A DNA stretch of 64,000 bases. Origin: Alphaproteobacteria bacterium. Its GTDB lineage: Bacteria > Pseudomonadota > Alphaproteobacteria > UBA7887. Positions 11,068 through 20,460 of the stretch are shown here, piece by piece. Under the pieces are notes generated by a model that saw only the letters and a list, made by a program, of their open reading frames with translations, had not been told where the DNA came from and did no database searches. Made by a program: the position numbers and the translations under genes. Location of the stretch: contig CBDCGL010000011.1 of NCBI GenBank assembly GCA_965216755.1, positions 2,400,001-2,464,000 on the forward strand. The letters run 5' to 3'. Every line of letters starts with the position of its first letter. Position 1 is the first letter of the stretch.

Positions 11068-11127
11068 ATTTTCTAAAGCGTTATAAATCAACGATTTAGA
11101 AACCAGTTTCCTGCCAAAATCCCTCTT

Positions 11128-11153
11128 AGTCTGTGCTCCGAGTCTGTGCTCCG
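11128..11153 (+). repeat. Tandem 13-bp repeat, probable integrase arm-type sites (left)
   Basis: AGTCTGTGCTCCG x2, recurring at 25444-25469; IHF-consensus AATCAACGATTTA at 11086-11098. Confidence 0.75.
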
Positions 11154-11176
11154 AGAGCACTGCACAGAAGGGAGTT

Positions 11177-12691
11177 TTGGCCATCACCCAATATCTGAGT
11201 CGGCGGAACGGCGGCGGCTACTTCTATCAGCGTCGAGTGCCGAAGGACCTGCGGTATCGCCGTGACGTGTTCAAAAGCCAATTCATTGAAGTCTACTTAG
11301 GCACCTCAGACAGGGCCGTGGCCAAGCGCAAGGTGTCCGCCATCAATGAGCAGTGGGAACGGACGTTCGACGCCATGCGGCGCGGTGATGCGATCACGGC
11401 GGAAACGATAGAACGGATCAGGTTGGCCGCCCAACTCAGAGCGTACAAGGCGATGGTGGCCGATCCTATCGACGGCCCAGGCCGGATAGCCGACGACCTT
11501 GAGCGGTTCTTGCCCGATATTGAAGCCGACACGAAACGGTACCTGGTACGTGCCGGGCTCGACCCGAACGACGAACGCAATAAGGCCGCCGCCATGCGGG
11601 CGATCTATATCGGCACCATGAACGCACAGGTGTTTTTCGAGAAGGGAGTCGAGCCGCCACCGGTTCCGGCGTATGACCCGTTGGTGTTCGATACCCCGCC
11701 CGACGGCCTCACCATCATGGAAGCGGCGGAGGCATACGAGAAGGCGGCGGACGTTGCCACGTCGGAGAAGACGCGCAAACAGTTGAAACAGTCGGCTCGG
11801 CTGTTTGCCGATCACTGCGGCAAGGACAAGCCGGTGGCGGCGATCACCGGACGAAACGCGGTGGCGTTCCTCGATAGGCTGGCGAAGATCAATCCCGATT
11901 ACCGACGTGATCCCAAGTCGGCTGAATTGACGCTAACGCAGCTTGAGGAGTCGTATCCCGCTGTAGACGGAAAGGGATTGTCCGCCGCGACCTTGAACCG
12001 TCACGCCATGAACATGCGCGTGCTGATCAACTGGCTGATCCGCCGCCACGAATTACCCGAGGAGCACCGAAACCCGTTCGACCGAAAGTCGCGGAAGGTG
12101 AAGGCGGACGGATATGAGCCCATGTCCGACATCGAGATTGCCACGCTGCTACATGGTGAACCGCTGGCCCGTTCCTTTGGTCGAAATTTTGGAGAATGCA
12201 TCGGCTGGCTGGTTGCGCTCGGAGCCTACACCGGGGCCAGGGCTGGCGAGTTGTGCGCGCTGACCAAAGACGACGTGCGCAAGAAGGACGGCGTTCACTA
12301 TCTGGCGATCTGCCAGGGCAAAACCGAGGCTGCCGCGCGCGTCATTCCGATACACCCGGAGTTGGTCAAGGCGGGATTCATCGAATACGTCAAGACGTGC
12401 CAAGACTCGTTGTTCGGTATCACCGGGAAATATCTCGCGAAACGATTCCCAGACTACCGCCGAAAGCATGGTGTGGACCGACCCGGCCTAGTGTTTCATT
12501 CGTTGCGCAAGTCCTTCGTCACGTCCTTCGAAGAAGCCGAGGTGCCCAGCGATACCGTTGCGCTCCTGGTAGGCCACAAGTCCGGGCGATCCTTCACCTT
12601 CTCGGTGTACTCCCCGCATGGGCCGACGCTTAAGAAGCTGGCGGCTGCCGTGGACAAGATCATCTACAAGACCGTGAAGCTGGCGCGATAG
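11177..12691 (+). CDS. Tyrosine integrase with DUF6538-like N-terminal domain
   Basis: YFYQRRVPKDL N-terminus; catalytic TGAR, GKT, HSLR, LVGH and VY. Confidence 0.92.
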   Translation: MAITQYLSRRNGGGYFYQRRVPKDLRYRRDVFKSQFIEVYLGTSDRAVAKRKVSAINEQWERTFDAMRRGDAITAETIERIRLAAQLRAYKAMVADPIDGPGRIADDLERFLPDIEADTKRYLVRAGLDPNDERNKAAAMRAIYIGTMNAQVFFEKGVEPPPVPAYDPLVFDTPPDGLTIMEAAEAYEKAADVATSEKTRKQLKQSARLFADHCGKDKPVAAITGRNAVAFLDRLAKINPDYRRDPKSAELTLTQLEESYPAVDGKGLSAATLNRHAMNMRVLINWLIRRHELPEEHRNPFDRKSRKVKADGYEPMSDIEIATLLHGEPLARSFGRNFGECIGWLVALGAYTGARAGELCALTKDDVRKKDGVHYLAICQGKTEAAARVIPIHPELVKAGFIEYVKTCQDSLFGITGKYLAKRFPDYRRKHGVDRPGLVFHSLRKSFVTSFEEAEVPSDTVALLVGHKSGRSFTFSVYSPHGPTLKKLAAAVDKIIYKTVKLAR

Positions 12692-12865
12692 GTCGCCCAA
12701 CCAAGCGGACCTCCGCCCCACCGCCGCCGTGGTCATAGGTTTAATCATGTATTTCAGTTAGTTACGGCGAAAGTTACTCGAAAACACCCCGTAACCCACT
12801 GAAATCAATAGAGAAGCCCTTGACCAGAACGGCGGTCTAAGTCATTGTTTTTATTGATATTTTAC

Positions 12866-12894
12866 TTGACACCTGGCCTGGCTTGTGGTATGGT
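12866..12894 (+). promoter_or_regulatory. Near-consensus sigma70 promoter with extended -10
   Basis: TTGACA-17 bp-TATGGT with TG before the -10; AT-rich upstream tract. Confidence 0.75.
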
Positions 12895-12911
12895 TCGCGT
12901 ATCATTGGAAT

Positions 12912-12983
12912 CCCGATGTAGCTCAGTTGGCAGAGCACTCCCGTTCGGGGGAGAGGCCGGAGGTTCGAAACCTCCCATCGGTA
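12912..12983 (+). ncRNA. tRNA-like RNA / pseudo-tRNA (tRNA-Pro-like body, 6-nt anticodon loop, no encoded CCA)
   Basis: Stems CCCGATG/CATCGGT, GCTC/GAGC, CTCCC/GGGAG and GGAGG/CCTCC; D-loop AGTTGGCA; T-loop TTCGAAA. Confidence 0.8.
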
Positions 12984-13131
12984 TCAGCCTTCAATTGATG
13001 TAGCCACGGCTGAACGCTGAACAGCGTCACAGATACGGGCTGCGGATGAAGCGCATCTTGCGCCAGATATCTGCGGCCCGTTTTGCATTTGGCCGCCTCC
13101 ATTTCTGGCGCGCAGACATGGAGGAAGAACG

Positions 13132-13590
13132 ATGCAGCATGATCTTTATTCGCCACGCGAGGCAGCAGATTACTGCGGCCTTTCGCTCAGCAAGTTCAAT
13201 CAGCTTCACAGTGCTGGTACCGGGCCGCGCTATAGCAGGCTCGGAACCGAAAAGACCGCGCGTCTTGTATTTCAGCGGAAGGACCTGGATAGGTGGCTGA
13301 ATGGACGCGGCGCGGACACCGTCGCGCGGGCAAAGAGGTACCGGGAGCTGCGGCGGGCCGTTGAACGGGCGACAGCCGAGAGGAAAAAGACGCACGAGGC
13401 CGAAAGCCGTTTTCGTAAGCAGCTTTCAGAAATTATTTCAGGCGCGCCTCACTTCGGAATTGATGACCTTCGTGGCCTTATGACGCGTTCGGGTTACACG
13501 ACCATTCGCGGCATTCCCGCCGATCAGCGCGACAAGTTCCTTACGGCGCTGGTTGACGCAGCCATGTCGGGAGGGTCCGACAATGACTGA
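13132..13590 (+). CDS. AlpA/excisionase-like HTH protein with C-terminal extension
   Basis: YSPREAADYCGLS...GPRY...FQRKDLDRW; GGAGG RBS. Confidence 0.8.
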   Translation: MQHDLYSPREAADYCGLSLSKFNQLHSAGTGPRYSRLGTEKTARLVFQRKDLDRWLNGRGADTVARAKRYRELRRAVERATAERKKTHEAESRFRKQLSEIISGAPHFGIDDLRGLMTRSGYTTIRGIPADQRDKFLTALVDAAMSGGSDND

Positions 13591-15628
13591 GAACAAGTCG
13601 CGCCTCGATATGGCGCAGTGGTTCGCGGAGAAGGGCATCTCTGTCTTCATGTGCGAACCGAACAGCAAGCGGCCCCTCGACGGCTATAGTTGGTATCTCC
13701 GGCAGAGCACCGACGCAGACACGATTGCCGGATGGTTCGATCAGGTGCCGGACGCGAATTTTGGCTGTCATTGGGGTGCCAATTATGTGGCAATCGACCT
13801 GGATATCAAGCCACAGCATAACGGCGTGCGTGAGTTCGAGAAAATTTGCGCCGAGCACGGCGTTGACAACTTTCTGTTGGAACTCGACACCCTCATTGTG
13901 CAAACACCCAGCGGCGGATACCACCTCGTATTCCAGGCTCCATTCCCGTGCGCCAATACCAACAGCTTCCCGGAAGGCATCGATGTGCGCGGTGTGGTCG
14001 GATACACCGTGGGAGCAGGCAGCGAAGACAGCCGTGGCGAATGGCGGATCATCAGCGATGCAGAGATTGCGTCGTTGCCTGAGTGGCTGACAGGCTACTT
14101 GGAGGAACCGGGTCGCAAGAACCCGAACCATGACGTGCCAGTCGTCGAACTCGATCTCGACGAGAACGTAGAGTACGCGCTGGGATGGCTGCGCGACCGC
14201 GAACCCGCCTTGCAGGGACATAATGGTGACGATCACACCTACGAAACAATCCAGTTCCTTCGCGACTTTGGTTTGAGCCAGGACAAGATTTTCGAGACGT
14301 TGAACGTCGAATGGAATGGCCGTTGTGATCCGCCATGGGGTCACGAGGAGTTGTTGGCGAAGATCAAGAATGCCTGGGCCTACGGGCAGAACCGTCCGGG
14401 CGTTAAGAGCCCAACGTGGAGGATGCAGCGGATCAATCGGGCGCACGGTGGCTGGTCCGACTACATCGCCACGCACTATCCCCGGCTTGCCGTAGATAAC
14501 ACTGCGCACAATCTGGCGCTGGCCGTGGACGCTAACGATATTCCTGAAAACAATCCCGTTCCAACGCACCGTCGCAGCTTCAAGCCTCGCAGCGAAGCAG
14601 AACAGGATGCGCAGCCCGATCCAGAATGGCTGATTAAGGGCGTATTGCAGAAGGAAACGCTCGCGCTGTTTTATGGGCCGGAAAATTCCTTCAAGTCGTT
14701 TCTGGTTCTCGACATGGTGCTTTCAGCGGCGGCGGGCATACCATGGGCCAGCTTTGGCGGATGCGAAGATGCTGGAGGCTTTGCGCCTCGGAGGCCGTTG
14801 ATCACGGTTTACATTGCCGGGGAAGGATCGCACGGTATCGAGAAGCAGCGCAGGCCCGCATGGCGGCAGCATCGCGGCGTTACAGAACCTTTGCCATTCT
14901 ACACCGTGAATGAGATGCCTTTCTTCAAGAGCGCCGATGAAGTAGAGCGACTGATTTCCGAAATTAGGGAGGCCGAGATCGAGCCGGATATTATTGTGGT
15001 CGATACCGCAGCCCGCGCCATGCTCGACTTGGACGAAAACTCCGCCAAGGATACCGGCGTATTTGTTGCCGCGTGTGATCGGCTGAAGCGGGAATTTCGC
15101 TGTGCCGTGGTCGTAGTCCATCATTCAGGTAAGGACAACGCCAAGGGCTCGCGCGGCTCTACCAATCTGCCAGCTTCTTTCGATGCGCGCTTCATGGTGA
15201 CAGGCGACACCGGCTCATTGGTCGCGAAGATCAAGAATGAGAAGCAGAAGGACGGTGAACCATGGTCAATGGCGATCACCTTTCAGGGCGAGCAGGTCGC
15301 AACCAATCTCGGCAGGAACTCCCTCGTATTCAAACGCGTGACTCCGGGTGCCGCTAAGGCCAAGGAAACAGACCCCCGCCTCGATCTGGCCCTGGAGATT
15401 ATCTCAAAGTGCAAGGGCAAGATGCCGCTCAGCATGAACGCATTGGCCGAAGAAATGGCGCGCCGCTACGCCACCGAGGAATTGACCGATGGCGAGTTGG
15501 AGAGGGCCAAGGAAGGCATGAGGAACTACCTCAAGAAGGCGGTCATGGGCGAATTGGCTGCCTGCGCCCACAAGGCAGACAAGGCCAGGAACGCGCGGTG
15601 GGTATTCGAGGATCGGTCCGGGAGGTGA
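13583..15628 (+). CDS. Bifunctional primase/polymerase (Prim-Pol) fused to an AAA_25/RepA-type helicase
   Basis: SKRP, AIDLD, QTPSGGYHLVF, GIDVRG; Walker A GPENSFKS, Walker B IIVVDT, VVHHSGK, RGS. Confidence 0.88.
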   Translation: MTENKSRLDMAQWFAEKGISVFMCEPNSKRPLDGYSWYLRQSTDADTIAGWFDQVPDANFGCHWGANYVAIDLDIKPQHNGVREFEKICAEHGVDNFLLELDTLIVQTPSGGYHLVFQAPFPCANTNSFPEGIDVRGVVGYTVGAGSEDSRGEWRIISDAEIASLPEWLTGYLEEPGRKNPNHDVPVVELDLDENVEYALGWLRDREPALQGHNGDDHTYETIQFLRDFGLSQDKIFETLNVEWNGRCDPPWGHEELLAKIKNAWAYGQNRPGVKSPTWRMQRINRAHGGWSDYIATHYPRLAVDNTAHNLALAVDANDIPENNPVPTHRRSFKPRSEAEQDAQPDPEWLIKGVLQKETLALFYGPENSFKSFLVLDMVLSAAAGIPWASFGGCEDAGGFAPRRPLITVYIAGEGSHGIEKQRRPAWRQHRGVTEPLPFYTVNEMPFFKSADEVERLISEIREAEIEPDIIVVDTAARAMLDLDENSAKDTGVFVAACDRLKREFRCAVVVVHHSGKDNAKGSRGSTNLPASFDARFMVTGDTGSLVAKIKNEKQKDGEPWSMAITFQGEQVATNLGRNSLVFKRVTPGAAKAKETDPRLDLALEIISKCKGKMPLSMNALAEEMARRYATEELTDGELERAKEGMRNYLKKAVMGELAACAHKADKARNARWVFEDRSGR

Positions 15629-15673
15629 GGGACTGCATTGACCGGATTGGCGACGCATGGGTATAGGTCATAG

Positions 15674-16774
15674 ATGACAACACAAACTGTCCTCACATTG
15701 GACGCTAGGGACCACGTGATGCTCGAAGTCATGCGCGATTATTTCAACGTGCCCCCTGACCGCATGCAGCGAGAAATCCAGGGAATGCTCGCTAAGACCG
15801 TAGCTGTGTTATCTAGTAAAGGAATTAATTACAGCGACTTGAAAACCGCACTCGTGCCCGACCCGAAGAGACGGGAGATCGCACTGGTGTTTGATACGTA
15901 CGATATGAAGGAGTCATGGTATGGGCTTCCGATCCATGCCGCATTGATCCCTCTTTTCAACAAGCAGAGCAATCACAGCATACTTACCGGCGACTACACT
16001 GGTGGCAATGACCAGCAAGATCCGCTCTACGAAGCGTTTGTCGCAGATGTCCAGCTAGTTAGAAATGTTGATTGGCGACACAGCACCCAGTTCTACATCG
16101 TCTACATCAACAACCTGACTGACAAAATGGTCGAGACGTTCCACAACGGTCTGTTGAATTTCGCGCCTTACGTCGGGTTTGCGGATACGACTTTCGCGTC
16201 CCGCTTCAAATTTTATCTCTCAGCAAAGCTCGTCAATTTGTGCATCAAGCATCGGCGAATCATCTTGATGGGCCACGAGGACGATGTGGACAATAATGAA
16301 GACACAAATATGCACGGCTACCCTTGGGAAGATCACGGATATACATGCAGAAGTCTCCAGGGTATGTACTTCGGAGTTCTACTTTCCTATAAAATCGAAC
16401 GACCGGTTTTCGAGGGATTTGAAGTGGACAGCGAGTTCTCGATTAACGCAGTGCACCCCAATCCATTGCCGTTGTCTGATTTCGAGATTCGGATTGATGA
16501 GAGCAAATTCGGCTACCTAACTTCCGAAAAGGCCGGAACTCTAAAGCGAATGGGACTGCTTGACGGCGATCTCTCCGACCTGAAGAAACTCGTGGCCCAA
16601 AAAATATCGTCTAATTACATCTACAACATGACGCACGACGAAAGGCACAACACGACCAAGTTCGATATTATTCTAGAAGTGCATCCGACTGACGGTTCAT
16701 CGCCACTTCGCGTCCTAGTGGCACTTGAGTACATTCCGAAAGATAAGTGCCTTCGTCTAATAACGCTTTATTGA
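15674..16774 (+). CDS. Hypothetical cargo protein, possible C-terminal DUF6883/BECR-like RNase domain
   Basis: 366-aa ORF, visibly lower GC; C-terminus IDESKFGYL...KFDIILEV...LRLITLY. Confidence 0.6.
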   Translation: MTTQTVLTLDARDHVMLEVMRDYFNVPPDRMQREIQGMLAKTVAVLSSKGINYSDLKTALVPDPKRREIALVFDTYDMKESWYGLPIHAALIPLFNKQSNHSILTGDYTGGNDQQDPLYEAFVADVQLVRNVDWRHSTQFYIVYINNLTDKMVETFHNGLLNFAPYVGFADTTFASRFKFYLSAKLVNLCIKHRRIILMGHEDDVDNNEDTNMHGYPWEDHGYTCRSLQGMYFGVLLSYKIERPVFEGFEVDSEFSINAVHPNPLPLSDFEIRIDESKFGYLTSEKAGTLKRMGLLDGDLSDLKKLVAQKISSNYIYNMTHDERHNTTKFDIILEVHPTDGSSPLRVLVALEYIPKDKCLRLITLY

Positions 16775-16829
16775 ATGTGCGGAGTTTACGTGGAGTCGCC
16801 CGCGTCTCATGGCAGCTATTTTTCTTGCT

Positions 16830-16993
16830 TACCAACGGTTGGTAGCCAGCAATTTACCAACGCTACCAACATTGCCATAAGTCATTGATTTCGCTGTTGG
16901 TAAGTTACCAACGAAATCTACCAACCGTGGCGTCCTGGTTGGTTGGTAGGTACCCCCTCCTATAGGGGTACCAACTACCAACGCCATACCAAG
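16830..16993. repeat. Iteron cluster, probable replication origin of the element
   Basis: TACCAAC x7 forward and x3 reverse; central IHF consensus 16878-16890; GGTACCCC/GGGGTACC inverted repeat. Confidence 0.8.
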
Positions 16994-17106
16994 GCCAAGG
17001 GATCATCCTGGCCATAAGGATTCTCCGAAGCGGCCTGTGGCCCCGAAATTGGCCCCATGAAATTCGTCCCACGCGCGCGCGTGACTCCCCGTCATCATGA
17101 CCGTGA

Positions 17107-17823
17107 TCATGCTGCTTGAACCTTCACCGTCGCGTCGTCCAACTGAAGCCGTTCCCGTAGCCGCCGAACAGCAGTGGCCGTCCATGCCCCACCCTTCACC
17201 GACGACTCGCCGCGCCGGCTCAAAGTCCGCGCGATCTGACAGTTGCCCATACCCCTGGCCAGCATATCCGAAATCTCCCCCCTCCATGCTTCGGCCCTAG
17301 CATCAGCCGCCCTAGATTTCCCCGCCAGAGCCGCTGTGTTGCCATTGGCCCTGATATGCTCCACCAAGGCCGCTCCGCCGTCCGGGTTGCCCAGGCGTTG
17401 CCCTCTTGCCTTGGCGACCTTCAACGCGGCTTTGGTGCGCTCGCTAATAAGACCAGCCTCAAGCTCTGCCACGGCTGCCATGGACGTGAGTAGAAACTTT
17501 CCCTGCGGTCCCGAAACTTGCGGCAGATCGCAGAACCGAACTTCAACGCCGCTGTCTAGTATGGTCAGAAGAAAATGTGCGCTACGGGCCAACCTGTCGA
17601 GCTTCGCTACCACAAGCGTTGCGCCGGTACGACGACAGTGGTCCAACGCCCTGCCGAGTTCCTGCCGGTCATCACGTTTGCCGCTTTCGGTTTCAGTGTA
17701 GCTTGCAACGATATCAGCATCCGGGCCTAGGTGTTGCTTCACAGCTTCACGTTGCGCAGCCAAACCTAAACCGGACTTGCCTTGTCGGTCGGTTGAAACT
17801 CGATAGTACATGATAGCTTTCAT
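17107..17823 (-). CDS. Small serine recombinase (resolvase/invertase family)
   Basis: YYRVST..QG.SGLGL.AQ, ETESG, KLDRLAR, ISERTKAAL, LGNP; GGAG RBS. Confidence 0.92.
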   Translation of the reverse strand: MKAIMYYRVSTDRQGKSGLGLAAQREAVKQHLGPDADIVASYTETESGKRDDRQELGRALDHCRRTGATLVVAKLDRLARSAHFLLTILDSGVEVRFCDLPQVSGPQGKFLLTSMAAVAELEAGLISERTKAALKVAKARGQRLGNPDGGAALVEHIRANGNTAALAGKSRAADARAEAWRGEISDMLARGMGNCQIARTLSRRGESSVKGGAWTATAVRRLRERLQLDDATVKVQAA

Positions 17824-17881
17824 GGTCTGTCTCCTACTTGGATGGAAAGATTTTCTGCGGCTTGGCTGTACGCCGATCACG

Positions 17882-17916
17882 GCAGCTTCGATGTACGCAG
17901 CAGCTTCGATGTACGC
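17882..17916. repeat. 17-bp direct repeat upstream of the resolvase
   Basis: GCAGCTTCGATGTACGC at 17882 and 17900. Confidence 0.7.
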
Positions 17917-18729
17917 CAGCCGAGGCAGTTTGACTGCACGGCCTGAACTTTGCTGCGATGGTTGGCGTTGATGTTCTGGTCATGCCCGGTTCAATTTCGA
18001 GAGTCTTTGTGCGACTGGGCTAGGCGGCTGGCTCAGAGTCCGTTGGCGGCCAAGATCGCGAGCGCACGGCCACAGCAGAATGCCCGCCGGTGAAAAGGCC
18101 TGTGGCGCGTGACGCTGAAGCTGGCGGAAACCTGCGGTTCCATAGCCTTTTCCTTGCGAATACTTGTGTCTGTGTCGTTTTGCAAAACGAGCATTTCGTT
18201 GTCTGACACCACAAAATATAGACGAAAATCATTACCGAGTCGTTAATATCGAAGCATTGAAGAAGAAAAAAATGAGAGAAACCAAAGACTAGCGAAGATC
18301 TCCCCCTAGGTCGATCAAACTCGGAATACAACATCTGGGGCCTGGCATCCCGACATGTCCATGTATTCTCCATTTTTCTTCATTTTTATTCGACCTATCA
18401 GATTTTTTGGGGCCTATTTTACTTGTAGTCCTATGCCCCGGATCATTTTCTACTTGGATCGTTTTGTCATCCAAAATTACAGTTCATTATTTTTGGGGTT
18501 TGCTCCCGAAAAGCATAGATTCACCGCCGCCAAAGTCAAAATTCCAGTTTTGCAGTGCGGTAAACTTGGCGGCGATTTGACAGATATTTGACACGTGATA
18601 CCATTAACTTGGCTTCATTACATAAATCTACGCCTAGAAAGCCCTTGGAAGCCCGCACAGAGGCTCTGCCGGTGGCGGCCAAATCCTAGGCCGGGATGCC
18701 GGGCGGGCGCTCACGGGGCTCTGCAGGCC

Positions 18730-19389
18730 ATGGAGACACGAATTTTGGGAAAGCGCGGACCAGCGAAGAACAGTTTGGAAATGCCGATCACCGTGGAGCG
18801 GCGGAAGGTGTTTTTGGACGCCTTGCGGGAGACTGGCGTATGGGCGCACGCCTGCCGCGTGGCGAGCCCGCATTCGCCGTCCGACACTTCAAACCCGCCT
18901 TGTAGCTCCAGCTTCCGGGCCTTGGTTCGTAGGGACATTGAATTTGCCGCTGCCGTCGAAGACGCGATGGAAACAGCAAGGGCAAACGTCTTGCTCGAAA
19001 TTCAGCGCCGTGGGCAGGACGGCTGGGACGAAAAGGTTTTCCAGAAGGGAATGCAGGCCGTTGACGCGGATGGAAATCCAGCCGTCATTCGCAAGTATTC
19101 CGACAACCTCTTGTTGGCCCGTGCGCGTTCGATGATGCCAGAACTGTTCTCGGAAAAGCATCACCACGAACACACGGTAAAGCGTGCAATGGGTGCCCAC
19201 ACGTTCGTCTCCGAAGATATCCATTTGCTCGACCCGGATCAGCGCGCGGCTCTTACCGATATCTTGCTCACGATTCAGCGCCGCCGTGGCGAGGCCGATA
19301 GCGCCCTCGAATATCAGCCAGCGGAAACAATCGACGCCGATTTCGAGGAAGTCGAATACGCAGAATTTGATTTGGGTAGGGAGGATTAA
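18730..19389 (+). CDS. Terminase small subunit-like protein
   Basis: FLDALRETG...ACRVA...EFAAAVEDAME...RRGQDGWDEKVFQKG...IRKYSDNLL pattern. Confidence 0.65.
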   Translation: METRILGKRGPAKNSLEMPITVERRKVFLDALRETGVWAHACRVASPHSPSDTSNPPCSSSFRALVRRDIEFAAAVEDAMETARANVLLEIQRRGQDGWDEKVFQKGMQAVDADGNPAVIRKYSDNLLLARARSMMPELFSEKHHHEHTVKRAMGAHTFVSEDIHLLDPDQRAALTDILLTIQRRRGEADSALEYQPAETIDADFEEVEYAEFDLGRED

Positions 19390-19394
19390 AACAA

Positions 19395-19634
19395 TTGGCT
19401 GACACGATGGATGCGACTGACCTTTTGTTGAGGGATTTGGCACTTAAGGATTCGGGATGGAGCCGGGTCGAAGGTCCGAACGGCTGTGCGTATTTCCCGG
19501 AAACGGCGAATGACGTTGATGCCTTTGACGCGCGCTGCATTGCTATGCACGAAAGCCAGAAGCCAATCGTCTTGGAGGAAAAGCCCGCCGTTACAGATTA
19601 CGCCGATTACATGCGGCTCAAGCGGGGAGATTAA
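19395..19634 (+). CDS. Hypothetical protein
   Basis: GGAGG RBS; TAATG overlap with next gene. Confidence 0.55.
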   Translation: MADTMDATDLLLRDLALKDSGWSRVEGPNGCAYFPETANDVDAFDARCIAMHESQKPIVLEEKPAVTDYADYMRLKRGD

Positions 19635-20131
19635 TGACGGTGCGCAGGCCAACTACATTGGCCGGTGACGCCGATTCCATTCTCGGCAATCTGCATAACG
19701 CCTCGGACATTGATGACCGGCCTATCACAGCTGAACGCCGGCTGTGGATGTCTGTGATCGCCAGGGCATGGCTGGACGCATTCGAAGCGAGCGATTGGTT
19801 CTTGAGGGCCAGCGAGTCGAAGTTGCGCCACCTCGATTTCGATCCCGCCATGGTCCGCCAGGAAGCGCGTAGGTGGCTGACCCTTGATTTCGGAGAATGG
19901 AAGTCCTACCGCGAAACCGTTTGCGATTTGGCGGGCGTTGACGAGCAGATGTTGCGGAATGCCGCTCGCTGTAGTCTCAATCTGGTGAAGGCGGACCAAC
20001 GGCCCACGGTAGAAATCGTCAATTTGGATACGATGTTCGCGGCGTTGCTGGACCGGGAAGGCGATGGAGAGGACTCCGACGAACTGGACGCGGCATTGGA
20101 GCGGCTGGCCCGTCTTGAGGTAGCAGCATAA
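19634..20131 (+). CDS. Phage-type hypothetical protein
   Basis: ERRLWMSVIARAWLDA...ARRW...VCDLAGVD; translationally coupled to upstream gene. Confidence 0.6.
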   Translation: MTVRRPTTLAGDADSILGNLHNASDIDDRPITAERRLWMSVIARAWLDAFEASDWFLRASESKLRHLDFDPAMVRQEARRWLTLDFGEWKSYRETVCDLAGVDEQMLRNAARCSLNLVKADQRPTVEIVNLDTMFAALLDREGDGEDSDELDAALERLARLEVAA

Positions 20132-20460
20132 CTCATTGAATTTCGTTATTTTAAAGTGATATAGGTCAGTAATATTGACCAAAAACTTGACAAACTATGT
20201 AGCTGCCCGGAAAATGAAAATTCATCGTCATATTCCTCACAGCCGGGGCGCGGCGAGCGATTCAATGCTCCCGGTTTCTATCTTCTAGCGGTGCGATGCC
20301 GCTAGTCGTACTCGACGGCCAATGACGGCGTGATGCCAGAGGCCACCTGCGGCGGGATGCTGCGCCAATCCGACAATTGAAATCTGATCGCTTTGCCCGT
20401 GGTGGGCGGAGCTTTGTCTTGATCGCTGCCCGCGTGAGAGCGGACGGCACAGCATGAGGA

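Noticed and set aside
16830-16993. Short repeats as CRISPR or VNTR
   Set aside because: 7-bp units in both orientations with irregular spacing fit iterons
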